From assembly GCF_009914755.1 (NCBI RefSeq), contig NC_060929.1: a stretch of DNA of 64,000 bases; one strand, 5' to 3'. This document shows positions 27,288 through 40,639 of the stretch, in pieces; the stretch's first letter is position 1; every line of letters begins with the position of its first letter. The stretch is from the human T2T-CHM13v2.0 reference genome, Homo sapiens. A model generated the notes under the pieces. The model ran no database searches. It was given only the letters and a program-made list of their open reading frames with translations, and was not told the origin of the DNA. The position numbers and the translations under genes are program-made.

Positions 27288-28194
27288 GAGAAGCAGAGTT
27301 CCTAAAAGTCCATGGGAAGGGAGGGCTTGAGGCATCGCAGAAGGAAGGGTGCCGAGGGGCAGTACTCAGGTGGAGGAAGGTGGTGCTGACTCTTCAGTTT
27401 TGGGGAGCGAGACATCCCTGTGAGAAGGTGTCCCCCTGGATGTGTCCCAGCTGCACGCCCACTTCCCTCCCCGGATGCCAGTCTGTGCACACCTCCGTGG
27501 CTGCTGAACAACATGAGAAACCCTCACAGCCTCTATTGTACATCTCATGAGCACCCAAAAATGTCAACAACTTTGGGAAACAAATATGACAAAAGGATTA
27601 ATTTACCTCCTGACATGTAATTAGGAGTCCCTCAAGCAAATTATGCATCATTTAAACAAAAGTTCTCAGAAAAGCACGTGTGAACAAATTAAATGTGGCT
27701 ACTCTATTTTTTGTCCTAACTCACTCTCCAGCAGCAGCTTCTCGTCATTCAAATTAACGCAACGGTTGCGGCTCAGGCCCCAAGACAGCGAGATCCCGGG
27801 AAAGCTGGTTCGGCGGGTCGGTCACACCTTCCTCTTCTTTTTAGTGTTCGTTCCTGGAAGAATCATGGAAGAAATGGTCTTGGTGGCTTCCTGCGCCCTC
27901 CTCAGCGCTCCTCCCATTCTGACACTGGCTGGTGGGTCCAAGGCCCATTTCTGTCTCATCTCCCCAGGGCAAAGTGAACTTCTCTGCAGCAAGTCTTTAA
28001 TGAGACGTTCCCGGGTCCTTTTAGACGCAGCTTGTAGATCCAGAGGTTGATCCACGCCCCTACAGGCTCTCGGTCTGTGATTCAAACCCACTCATCCTTA
28101 TAGGAAGAGAAGGTGCAGTGTCCGGGGTGAAGGGAGTTGTGACGGTTCCAAGGGCCTTTTCCAACCTTCTGCTTTTCTGGGAGCCTAGGAATCA

Positions 28195-29493
<1,299 letters not shown>

Positions 29494-29539
29494 GGAAGCC
29501 AGCCAGGGTCCAGTTGAGAAAGGGCAGCCTGCACCAGAG

Positions 29540-29950
29540 GGTGCGAGTTATGGGGCAGGTGACGAGAGCACTGCAGACAGGGGAAGCTGGACAGCTCTGG
29601 GATGACCGACTGTGGGCCACCACCAGCCGCGGAGACAAAGAAGTATCAGCAGAGCCCAGGAGCTGTGCCCTGCAGCCAACAGAAGGGCCACGGAGAGGAT
29701 TCCTCTTAGTGAGGAGCCTGATGTGAGCTGCAACCACAGAGCAGATGGAGCCACTCCTGGGAACGCCACCCATGAGGGGCAGAGACACAGCCTGGACTCT
29801 CCCATGCCCCCCTTCTGTGCCACCCATCAGCCAAGCCTCACAGGGGGCCAGTGGATGAGGCACCTGGGAGGGGCAGTCTGCACAGGTTGCCACCCTGATG
29901 TGCAAAACAGAGCAGAGGCAGGCTAGGGACAGCAGGACCGGAGGCCTTGG
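29540..29950 (-). mobile_element. Possible old ERVL LTR (LTR33-like) relic
   Basis: GGCCAGTGGATGAGGCACCTGGGAGGGGCAGTCTGCACAGG..ACAGAGCAGAGGCAGG resembles recalled ERVL LTR motifs; weak. Confidence 0.3.
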
Positions 29951-30616
29951 CCAAGAGATGGGAACGAGCCCCCAGCACCTGCCAAAGTGTGACCCACGGG
30001 GTCCAGTGCAGGGACCCTGCGAGGCAGCATGGCACTCTCTGCTTGTCGAGCAGGTCACCCCCTCTCTGTCCTTCTCTACTTCTCCCTCGACCTCACGGAG
30101 GAGATGAAATCCCTCCTTCAACCCACGCAGGCCAAGAGTCCCTACAAATGTGACCAGCAGTTCCCCAGAGGGCCCCAGGAGGGATGGTTCTGAGATGTCC
30201 TCCTTGGGCCTGGACTAGAATATAAACCCCAACCTGCTCACTTGCACAGGCTCAGCTCAGGGATCACACTGGGCATGGGCAGGCTGCTCAGGACAACTGG
30301 GGGACTGGCTCCACTTTGAGCTCTCACCTCAAGTCACAAAATGTCCTTGCATCAGTGACCCCTGGCCTGAGCCACTGGCTGGAACAAGAGCTCACTGCTC
30401 CTCCCTTGCGTTCAGGAACTTCTGGGTAGCAGTTCTGGAGAAGAGTCCTGTGGAGGCCCAAGGGTCCCTGCCCCCTGCCTTATATTTGACCAAGTTCAGA
30501 TGATATTTTAACCCCACCAACTGAGAATCCAAAACAACACATTTGCTAGATCACATGCAGTGCTGGGTTAATAAGCTTACGTTATTAGTTAATATCATGC
30601 CAAAGTGTGGTGTGTG

Positions 30617-31140
30617 TACCTAGTGGAGTACTATTCAGCCATAAAAGGAATGGGATCCCATCACTGGCAACAACATAGATGGAACTGGAGGACATTATGT
30701 TAAGTAAAATGAGCCAGGCACAGAAAGAAAAACTTTGCATGTTCTCACTTATTTGTGGGAGCAAAAAATTAAAACAGTTGAACTCATGGAGACAGAGAGT
30801 AGAAGGATGGTTCCCAGAGGCCGGAAAGGGTAGTGGATGGGGGATAGAGGGGAAGTGGGAATACTTAATCATACAAAAGACAGAAAGAAGGAATAAGAGG
30901 TAGTACTTGATAGCATAGCAAGGTAACTAGAGTCAATACTAATTCAATTGTACTTTTAAAAATAAAATAACTAAGAGTACAGCTGGATTGTTTGTCACAC
31001 AAAAGATAAATGCTTGAGGCCATGGATACCTTATCTGCCCTGATGTGATTATGCACTTTGCATGCCTATATCAAAATATCCCATATACCTCATACATAAA
31101 TACACCTACTATGAACCCTGAAAAATTAAAAAAAAGAAAG
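30617..31140 (+). mobile_element. L1MA-type 3' end with A tail
   Basis: GGAGTACTATTCAGCCATAAAA..GATGGAACTGGAGGACATTATGTTAAGT..GTTCTCACTTATTTGTGGGAGC..AAAAATTAAAAAAA. Confidence 0.92.
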
Positions 31141-32049
31141 ACGATAAAAGCAAATATTAAAAGATCATGGGAAGAGCTGGGATAGTTTTACTGTAATTAT
31201 TGAGGGTGGAGGAGGGAGATCTCTGGCCATTTGGAGATGGGAAGGCAGATCTACTCAGCAGGATCAGCCTGGGAAAGCCCTGTAAATTCGATAAAAAGGG
31301 CAGCCCCGCAGCCGTGGATGCAAAACCCATGCCACCCACACCTGGCAGCGGGCGGCTGTGCCAGAGGCAGTGAGGACAGAGAGGGTGACAGGGAAATCCT
31401 TGGCCAGGTATCTACATTTGGGCTGGGAGGGTAGGGAAGCTCTGCTAAGTGCTATCAAAAAAAAACAAAAAACAAAAAAAAGACAAAACAAAATCATGAG
31501 AAACACCAGTTCCACATATTTCAAAACCAACCGACATGCACAAGCACCTTCCCAGCCTGAGCAAGCTCCCCTTGTTAATTCCACAATGAAAATCGAGTCA
31601 GGAAACGTTACTGACAACAAAAACAGGGCCAGCTCTTTGATACAAAAGAAAAGAGATTATTTCACCACTCAAAGAAATCTATGAGAAAATTTGGCAATGT
31701 TCTACAAAGACCTAGAGCAGAGACAGTCTGGAATATCTCTAAATGTGATATACACACGGGAAGATACCAGGCGGAAGAGGCCAAGGAGGGCCCACCTAGA
31801 ACCCCGAGGGAGTCACTTTGAGATTCACATTTCGGAGAGGCAGGGAGAAACTGCCTTTGTGCCCTGCATCCAGCGTTTGCCATCCCTCCGCCCTTCCGAG
31901 TGAGTCTCAATGCTCAGCCTCATCACAGATCCTGAGGAGGGGAGAGGATAGAGCAGATGCTGCCCAGACCACCTTCAGGACCCAGACCCTGGGCCTGGAT
32001 GCAGATTCCCCAGGGGCTTCAACGCTTGGGAGAAAGACAGGGACAGGCT

Positions 32050-32820
32050 GCACAGTTGGCAGCCAAGTGTGAAGGCCAGAGGGGCTCCAGCTCATACGAA
32101 GGGACTCTCCTCCCCTATGCTCAGCAGGCAGAAAAATGGAGGTTCAGGTGCAGGTTCAGGACGTAGCAGAATCAGAGTTTCAGAAAAGGCTGAACACTCC
32201 ACAACAGGGCCTGGTCGACGAAATCAGGCGCCAAGACTCAGGAGGGGATATTTGGGTCAACGCACTTGAAAACCTTGAATTCCCACATCCTCTGAGCCCT
32301 TTGGGGCTCCAGAAGAAGCCCCTCCATTCTGTTCAAAGCCAGCACTCTCATCTTGATCTAGGCTGGTGCAGAGGTTTCTCTGCTTTGAAGGGAACACACA
32401 CAGTCACACACGTGTACACACCTGCATGTTCACACACACACACACCCCTCCCCCCTCTAACTTGTCCTGGGGTGCCGAGCCTGCTCAGAGAGGAAAGTGG
32501 ATCCCCAACAAGGAGCTGCAGGACCAGCCAGCATGCACTGGCCTGCACACGGGACCAGATCCCAGGGGTGTGGGGGCAGGGGGGTTGGAATCTCAACTTA
32601 GATACGGGGAAGATTTCATCTAAATAGGAGCCCTGTCCCAGGAAGTCGCACTGAATGCCCTGGCAAAGACCCCAGGGGACCGTGCTAATATGCTGCCATA
32701 TGGGCTATGGAAGGCTTGGGAAAGCAATGGTCCATGCTTAGTGGAGTAGAAATGACAGTCTCCAGGGCAGATGGCGGAGGAAGGATCAAAGGCTGAGAGA
32801 AGCGGGCACATTAGAGTCGA
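32050..32820 (+). pseudogene. ERV-L gag remnant (frameshifted)
   Basis: Fragments QLAAKCEGQRGS, FQKRLN..GDIWVNALENLE, DQIPGVWGQGGWNLNLD..EDFI*IGALS, QWSMLSGVEM, EEG-IK-LREAGTLE match recalled ERV-L gag motifs (DGDIW, WILRVWDxGGxNIKLDxxEFIDxGxLS, RWPTxSEVEM, EEGIxRLRExGMLEW). Confidence 0.75.
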
Positions 32821-33514
32821 CACAGCCCCGTCTGACGACCCATCCAGGGAGGGGGCGGCTCCCCGGGAGGTGTCTGGGACACTGCACTGGTGGGATACGG
32901 GATGTCCCAGGAGAGAAGTCTCCATGGAGAAGCTCCCCGTCACTGTCTGCTCCACACCAGGCCGCTTTCAGGAGGCTGTGGTGTTGCCCAGCTGGGACCC
33001 CGATAACCCCAGGTGAGGGGCCGGGCGATGGGGCTTAACTCAGCAGCCTGCTGGATGCACTTGGCGCAGGTGGGGCCAGGCTGGAGCCAGGGTCAGGAGG
33101 GCCTAAGCTGCAGATAGCCGCGGGGATGGTGAGTGCACCGGCTGGCATGCAGGGCAGGACAGAAGGGCAGGCAACAAGGGCATGGCTCACTCCGCACCAT
33201 GAGAAGGAAAGGCAGGGTGAGCCCAGAGCTGCAGCCACTGCCCCAGGACAAAGTCATCATCCCTTGCTCGGATTCTGGGCCTGTGGCTATTTTTAGGCCC
33301 AGAACACATTGAGGGAGAGGTGAGTGCCCCCAGGGCAAGCCCTGCAGGGCTCCACGGATGCAGGATCCAGCGGTTCCCCAGATCTTGCCGGGAGACCTGA
33401 AGAGCCGTCCTTGAGGGAAGGAAAAGACTCAGGCATTTGGAGGGTCGATCTACACAGGGCTTAACAGCCTGTGCTCTCGCTCACTAAGGCCCATGCGGTT
33501 ACCCCTGCTTCCCA

Positions 33515-33860
33515 TGTCCAATCTGCCAATAAGAGACCAACACTGAGCCACTGACACAGCATCATCCCTCCAGGAGACCAACTGCACGCTTGGTGTCTAG
33601 GCGATGGCATGGGAGCCCTTCCAGCCTTGGGACAGAGATTCTCCTTGCCTGGGGTTAAGGCATCTTCTCAGTGGGGACCTGCTTTTCGCACTTGCAGGAC
33701 ATGAGCCAGCACTGCGAGCTGGGCCTTCCCAGCTCTATCCATTGTCTGGGCATCCCAGTAACATTGCATCAGACAAAGGGCCCGACTTACAGCAAAATGC
33801 AGCTTGGGCTGTGGCATGGGAACCCCTGGTCTCCTCACAGTCTACCTGCTGCCACCCGAC
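33515..33860 (+). pseudogene. ERV-L integrase remnant
   Basis: CPICQ / RPTLS..IIPPGDQLHAWCLGDGMGALP..GQRFSL..GIPSNIASDKG matches recalled CPICQQQRPTLSP..TIPRGDQPATWWQVDYIGPLP..GIPHSIASDQG. Confidence 0.78.
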
Positions 33861-34103
33861 AGAGGGGGAGCAACCCTCCACAGGTGCACTGAGACCCCAG
33901 CTCTGAGATGCCCTGTGGGGGACGCCCTGCCTCCAGGACAGCGCACGCTCATCGCTGAGGAGCACGTGGAGCCTCATCCTCCATAATGAGGCCTCAGGGG
34001 CCTGGAATCTGGGGGGAGGAAGGCAGGTGGCCCTTCCCACCTTCAGTCCTGGTAGCCAACTTGGGGGTTCTGTACATGTTGCTCGACACCTGTGGGTTGT
34101 GTA

Positions 34104-34300
34104 GGTCTGGAGCTCCTGGTCCACAGCGGGAGCTGCTTCCACGGCAGGAGGACCATCCAGCATTAAGGTTTAAGGGCTGCCCTGTGCACTTTGGGGTCCT
34201 CATGGCGAGGCACCACCAAGCGAGGAAGGAGTCACCCCTGGTCAGGGGCCATTGTTCCTGATGAGCAGGAGGAGGTGGGACTGCGGCTACCCCATGGGAG
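34104..34300 (+). pseudogene. ERV-L dUTPase remnant
   Basis: GLELLV.., PVHFGVLMARHHQARK, GAIVPDEQEEVGLRL; similar to the dUTPase peptide at 58451-58680 (PSHFGLLMP..KKGVTVLAGMINPNYQKEIGL). Confidence 0.72.
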
Positions 34301-34739
34301 CCGGAGACCATCCTTCTGCACTGGGCCATGCCGCAGATTCCTCTTCACAGTCGCCTGGCTAAACCACACAGTAGGCGGACCTATGCAGTGACAGGGTGAG
34401 GACACCTTAGTCACGAGGAGATGACACCTCTTAGCCCTGGGCCCCCACTAGACTTTCAGGGGTGTCAACAGAGGAGGAAGAGACTCTTCAGCGGGTGGTA
34501 GAATAAAGAGTCTGGTTGTAGCGGAAAGGCTGTGTTTCCCCTCCTAAGCTTTCTCTTCCCGGCTTTGCCAGGCAGAGCCGAATCAGCACTGGGACAGAGC
34601 TGCTCCCGAGGGAGCTGATGTCACTGCTTGGAGGGGCTGGACCTGAGCATGGCCAGGGTGGGCTGCAGCAGACGCTGTGCTGTGCTCACCCATCTCACCT
34701 TTGCATCAACTGCTCAAGAGAGGAAAATGACACTTAACA

Positions 34740-34825
34740 AGCAAAGAAATCGAGGCGCAGAGAGAAGGTGACCTCGTGGTGAGGAAGTGGGGGCAGATGT
34801 CAGACCCCGGCCATCCAGCTGTGCT
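34740..34825. mobile_element. Possible MIR fragment
   Basis: AAGAAATCGAGGCGCAGAGAGAAGGTGACCT resembles the MIR core GAAACTGAGGCTCAGAGAG..GTGACTT. Confidence 0.35.
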
Positions 34826-36709
34826 GGACAACACCGAACCCTGACGCCCCTTGATGTCTCACCCTGCTCCTCTCCCTCCTCCATCCCCCAACCATTCCCC
34901 GCCATCATCATCACCCGATTGATCCATTTCAATGGAAACTGGATTTTGTAAGTCCAGTCAAACATCTTCAGTGGCTTTTATCACCTGCAGGGCAAAATTG
35001 GAGCCCTCGCCTTGGCAGAAGACCCCAGGTTCTGTCCTCCGCCCCCAACACCCTCGTGGCTCCAGCCGGTGCGGCTCCAGGCCAATACTCCCTGGTGCTG
35101 CTTGCTGTTCTGGGAAAGCCCCTCCCCGCCGCACACCTGGATGAGGCTGCAGGAGGTTTCCCCAGGTGAGGGGGCTGCGGCGCCAGAGTCCTTTCCTGAA
35201 GCCCCAGGCTGAGCCAGATGTTCCCTGTGGGGCTCGCTCTGAGGCTGTGCCTCTCCGTAATAGAGTCGTTTGTCTCTGAGCCGACTGCTCCACAGACCAG
35301 GCCTCTTCCTCCCCACAGTGGATCCCCAGTGCCTGCACACAGTAAGGCCCAAGACCTGCTTGTTGACCTGAATTGAATGGCCAGCCACCAATGCCAACGT
35401 CAGCCAATGTGGCACAGGCGCCCTAGCGTGCAGGAGAGGGCTCTGTGAGCTTAGAGGGGACAAAGGTCCTATCCGGCTGCCCTCAAGGTCTCGTGAGAGT
35501 TTGCTTTGGATGACAGCCTATGGATGGGAAGAGTTTTTGACCGAGGAGCTGGGGCAGGGGAGTTTCTGATGCGGAAACGCCACAAGCAGAGCAAGGGGAA
35601 GAACCAGCCCTTTGCCAGGCAGGCGTCTGGGCAGATGCAGGCCGGCGCACTGTGCTCCTGGTCCTGGCGCGAGCATCTCCTTTCCAGCCTGCCCGGCGCT
35701 AGGGCTCCATGGAACCCCAAGCTCTCTGGCTTCAGAACTGCTCCAGGCAAATGCGTGGCATCATTCATAAGGAGGCAGCGTCTTGCGGTGCTGAGACCGA
35801 GCCCCTGGCTGCTTCCAGATGTCACTTCCAATGCCAGCCCTTCCGCATGATAGCTCTGTCACCAGGAGCGCTCGGGCGCCTTCACTCTGCTTGCGCCTCT
35901 AAAGCACACCTGCCCCGCCCACCTGGATCTGCTGTCAATAGCTGTCGGGCATGCGGTGTGCAATTTGGGACTTAGAAAGCGTTGATACATGGTCGTTACT
36001 CTTTACGATCATTAGAAATATTGACTTCAAGGGCAACTTATGATAAACTCAGGAGCATCTCATTTGAAAGATAAATAAGCTGCCAGCACCTCCGATGTTT
36101 CAGCAGAGGCAGGAGGTAGAAAAATATGTTCAGCAGAAGGAAGAGACCACGGAGAATGTCAACAGCCGAGTATCCCTCATTGTGCCTGGGGCCTGGGACC
36201 ATTTTCTTTGAGTAGGAATTGATACTGTCTCCAATTGTCGGTCTTATTGCTCCTTTGGTTTTCCAGAAAGCAGACACCCAGGGAAGCTTGAGGAGAAGCT
36301 CTCCTTGGGGACAAGACCCCCAGGCTTCAGGACGTTGTGGATGCTGGCAGTGGCTTTTCAGCAGCTCACGTGGGGCGGTACCCAGGAAGAGCAGGGCAGA
36401 GGGGTGGGTGGGTGGGAGCGCAGGGCCCCGTGCCCAGAAGCACTGCCTGGCGGCTGGCGTCTGGGCTGTGCTTGGTTTTGTAGAGTTCCAACCCTATTAA
36501 GCCCGATTGGAAGGTAGTTAGCAAAATGAAGTGTTGCGAATTATCTCACTAACTTGGGACATATTGGTGGCCAATTGAGATAATTTAAATCCTTAAGGAA
36601 AATTTTGGTCCCTAATTACGTTGAATCACTTTATATTCAAGTTCAACAAATAATTCTCAACCTTTTCCCCCTTTGCATAGGTGGAAGTGCAGTAATAACT
36701 ATAAAGTAG

Positions 36710-37037
<328 letters not shown>

Positions 37038-38675
37038 TCTGTCTTTATTTTTAGAAATGTGTGTGGAAAAGATTAGATTCTGCAAAGTGGCAAATGGCTG
37101 AAAGATGTTCTTTGGAGATCACTTTTCCAGTCCTGGGAAGCATGCGGAGAGGGATGGGACCCACAGCCTCAACTGCTCCAGGGCAAGGGCAATGCGGAAA
37201 GACATGGCAGGGTACATCGCCATAACTCACAAAGGGTAAAGAGCATGAGGCTAGTTGAGGACTGTACCACATCTGCCTCTCACTGAAGCAAGAGGAAGAT
37301 CATCTCTTTTCCTTTTTCTCACTTAGAGGGGAGTGCACTCCCAAATCTGCAATTCTTTGGCTGCTATTGGTTGTTGTTGCTGCTGCTTGCATTCTCTGGA
37401 TTAAAATGAAACACACGTTCCAAACCGTGAAAGGTCAGCAAGAAAGAGAGAAGTGTCCACAGGCTGCAGTCTGAGGATTTGATGAGCTGGTTCTTGAACT
37501 TTTGTGGGAAAATCTGAGAAGGGAAAGCCGGTTAAAGGGCCAGGGTTCAGCAAGCCTGGCTTCTTGGGGCAGCATCTCTCCACTTGCAGGGTGCCCTGTT
37601 CTGGACAGCAGAGGAATAGGACTGCCCTCCCAAATGCCCAGGAGGGTGTGTCTGTGAATAAATTCTGCTTGAAGCTCCATTGGCCTGAGGGCCAGGCACA
37701 CCCTGGACATAGAGTGTTCACCCAGGCGAGGCCTTGGACCCCTGCAGGACAGCCTAGGACCACCTGGGGAATGGAAGCGTCCTGGTGCCTGACCTCTCTT
37801 GCATCTGTTTGCACAAACTCCAGTGACAACTGGAGTGGGAGTTATGGCCACATTCAGCTGGGAGGGCCTGGGTCTGGACAGGGGCCATTAGACCAGTTCA
37901 GTGCTCTGTGGGCTGTGGCCAGAGGCACCTTGACTGGGGCTGCTGTCCCCATCCTCATCCTCCTCCACTTGCTAGGCCCACTTCGTGAGGTGCCGAAGGT
38001 GAAACAGCCAGAGAACTTCACTTGCCCGCAACAACCTTAGAGTCAGATGCAGGTGGGGGAAAAGCCATATATCATCAGGTAACTTCATAGAGTTATAAAC
38101 TTAAGAAATGCTTGGGGCCAAAGAGAGAGATCATCTTTCATTCATTCAACTAATATGTACTCCATGAGATCTGAGCCGGAAGCGGAATTCCTTGGACAGT
38201 TTTTGCTATTCTCCATGCCCGTGTTCCCTCTGGGCCTAGAGGTTTCTTTTTAGTCTGCCCTCATCCCCCGTTTCTGTCTTCTCTCTCTTCATGCAAATAT
38301 TTCTTGGAAATTTCAACAAGGGTTACATGCCTTCTAGCATCTGCCTAGACACTCCCAAAATATAGTAGAAAGCTGTTTGAATGCATGGCTAGATGTGCAA
38401 TTTCAGAAGTGCACCATTCACTAAGTCTTCTGAGGGACTGTGAAGTGTGTGAGCCAGCCTTGATTCTTCATTTACATCTTTTCTACCTGCAAAAGGACAC
38501 CCTAAACCATTACTGCAAGCTTGCAGACAGCATTGGGGAAAGTGTCTACAGCAACCTTTCACCAGAATGCAATTTACATATTTTAAGGCATACATTTCAT
38601 AATTATGGTATATATGTGTGTATAGCTATATATTATTGTTATATATATGGTATATGTACATATTACTCTCTCTCT

Positions 38676-38677
<2 letters not shown>

Positions 38678-38720
<43 letters not shown>
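38678..38720 (+). repeat. Pure (AT)~21 microsatellite
   Basis: Direct read. Confidence 0.97.
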
Positions 38721-38722
<2 letters not shown>

Positions 38723-39353
38723 AACTTACCAACAATAAAAATCCCGTTAGTTTCTCATCATTACCTATGAGAACTATAAACCCAAGTTTGTTGTTGAGGG
38801 ACCTGTGAGGTAGGTGCACAGCTCTGTATGCATTCCTCTGTATAGAAAAGTTTAAGGAACAGCTGACTGTATATGGCTCAATTAGTTAATCATGATGAAA
38901 ATGTTTGCAAATGATTAGCATGTATGGTGTTCTTTCTGTTAGCTTTGAATTTTTCTTGCTTTGAATACCATGCATCACACTGTGGCAAGCAGTGTGGCTT
39001 GGAGGGAAAAGTGGGATTTTCAGGGTCAGAAAGTCTTTGAATGCGTCCTGGGGAAAGTGTGTGTCCTGGCTTCTAGGGCGCCAGGGAGGATTTACACAAT
39101 AATGTGTGGAAAGTGCTCTGTGCAGTGACTGGCACGCGGCAGACACTCAGTGCGTGGTGGCTGAGATGGCAGTGACTTAAAGTTGTTGGCTCAGTGTTAT
39201 TCAGAGAGTGTCCTGATTGGCTGGCCCACCCTCTCCACCCATCAGTCCTGTGCAGAACACATGCCATGAGCCTGGCACCTGTTGGATGCTGTGGAAGCAA
39301 AGGTGAATCACACGCATCCCTGCAACACCCACTACTAGTGAGGTGTGGTCAGG

Positions 39354-39467
39354 GAGACATAACAATGCAAGTAGAACATGAACATGACATTGCAGAGATA
39401 ACAACGCAAGTAGAACACAACATTGCAGAGATAACAATGCACGTAGAACACAAAAAGTTGCAGAGAT
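39354..39467 (+). repeat. 33-bp tandem repeat, ~3 copies
   Basis: CATTGCAGAGATAACAA(C/T)GCA(A/C)GTAGAACACAA at 39388 and 39421, plus partial flanking copies. Confidence 0.88.
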
Positions 39468-40639
39468 GTGAACGAGATGGCCAGTTCCCCAAGCATCCCT
39501 TCCTTCTAGAAGCAACTTCAAAAGTGCTGAACATACCTCTCTCTGGTGTGATCCCCTCCATACTTACCCATCATCTAAGCATCAGGAGTCCCAGAGTGGG
39601 GCCCTCCTATTGCCTCCAGTCTGGGTTGGGAGGCCAGGATCTCCCTGGGTAAGACTCAAAAACACCCTCTCCCCCAGCACTCTGAATGTTTGGAAGAGAA
39701 AGTAGTGATAGGGAGTGAGGAAAGAAGGGTTTCCACCGACTCACACAGCCAGAACTCGAGGACCGCAGGGGAGACTGTGGAGCCTGAGGAAGAGCCTGAA
39801 GCGTCCTGGGGGAGCTACCACTTGGCATCTGTGTTTGAAGCTTTAAAAGCTCTAGTTTTTGTTTTGTTTCTCCCTGAGGTTATCTGAATTGGCAGGACTG
39901 CAAGCGCACTTGAAATCTGCAACTATTGAGGTTTTTCCCCTGGTCTCCTAACCCTCCACATGGTCAACACTGCATGGGGTGGTGCTGGCAGCAGGAGGAG
40001 AGAGCCGAGCTCTCCCCACAGCGGGGGAGCCTTAGGTCAGGAGACACATACCTAAGCATCCTAAACCAAGCATGCTTGGTAGATGTGAGCATGGGGGTCT
40101 TGCTCCAGGAACCAGGACGTCTGTAAATGCAGGGACCTGGGAAGGGCGGAGTGTCAACTTGAGGCACACGGGCTAGTGTGCAAGGAACAGTTGCTCTTCT
40201 TGCCTTTCATAGAGAAGGAATGCCTCGCTGGCATGGGGAGCTGTGTTCCGGAAGTTGCCAGCCTGCTTCTCCTCCCACAGCCACTTGAGGTGGAGCTTTA
40301 ATTTGGCACAAAGTTGCTGGTTGTCTCCTGATTTGACCACCTCGATTCTGGCCCTGTAGATTGCAACTGGGCTGCTCTCAGGAATCCTGGAACTCACTGC
40401 TAGCTTCCAGGGAAAGGACATTTTTCAGCCCTCGGAGAATCTGAGTGCGGACAACTCACTGGCAGAAGATCGGCATTTTGGTAACCCGCGAGGCCAACTG
40501 CCGCGTACTCTGTTCCCGCATGTTGTGATGTTGAGGATTGGCCTGGGGAGGCCCCGGCTCAGGATTGTGTGAGGATGAGGAGCGGCCGGGGAGATGGAGG
40601 AAGGTAATTTGGTGTTTTAGAAAGGAATTCGATGTGGTC

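Larger units (their letters stand above)
32040..34330 (+). mobile_element. Ancient ERV-L-class internal region (HERV16/ERV3-16A3-like), heavily decayed and internally deleted
   Basis: Colinear gag-, integrase- and dUTPase-like peptide remnants on the + strand in ERV-L order (see next three entries). Confidence 0.8.

Noticed and set aside
26209-27335. His/Thr-rich and Cys/Val-rich ORFs of up to 241 aa
   Set aside because: They are translations of the TG/CA low-complexity array, which is poor in stop codons.
37541-37744. Possible MER58-like hAT element (CAGGGTTC... / ...GACCCCTG ends)
   Set aside because: Only the termini and one internal motif resemble the family; too weak to call without an HMM search.
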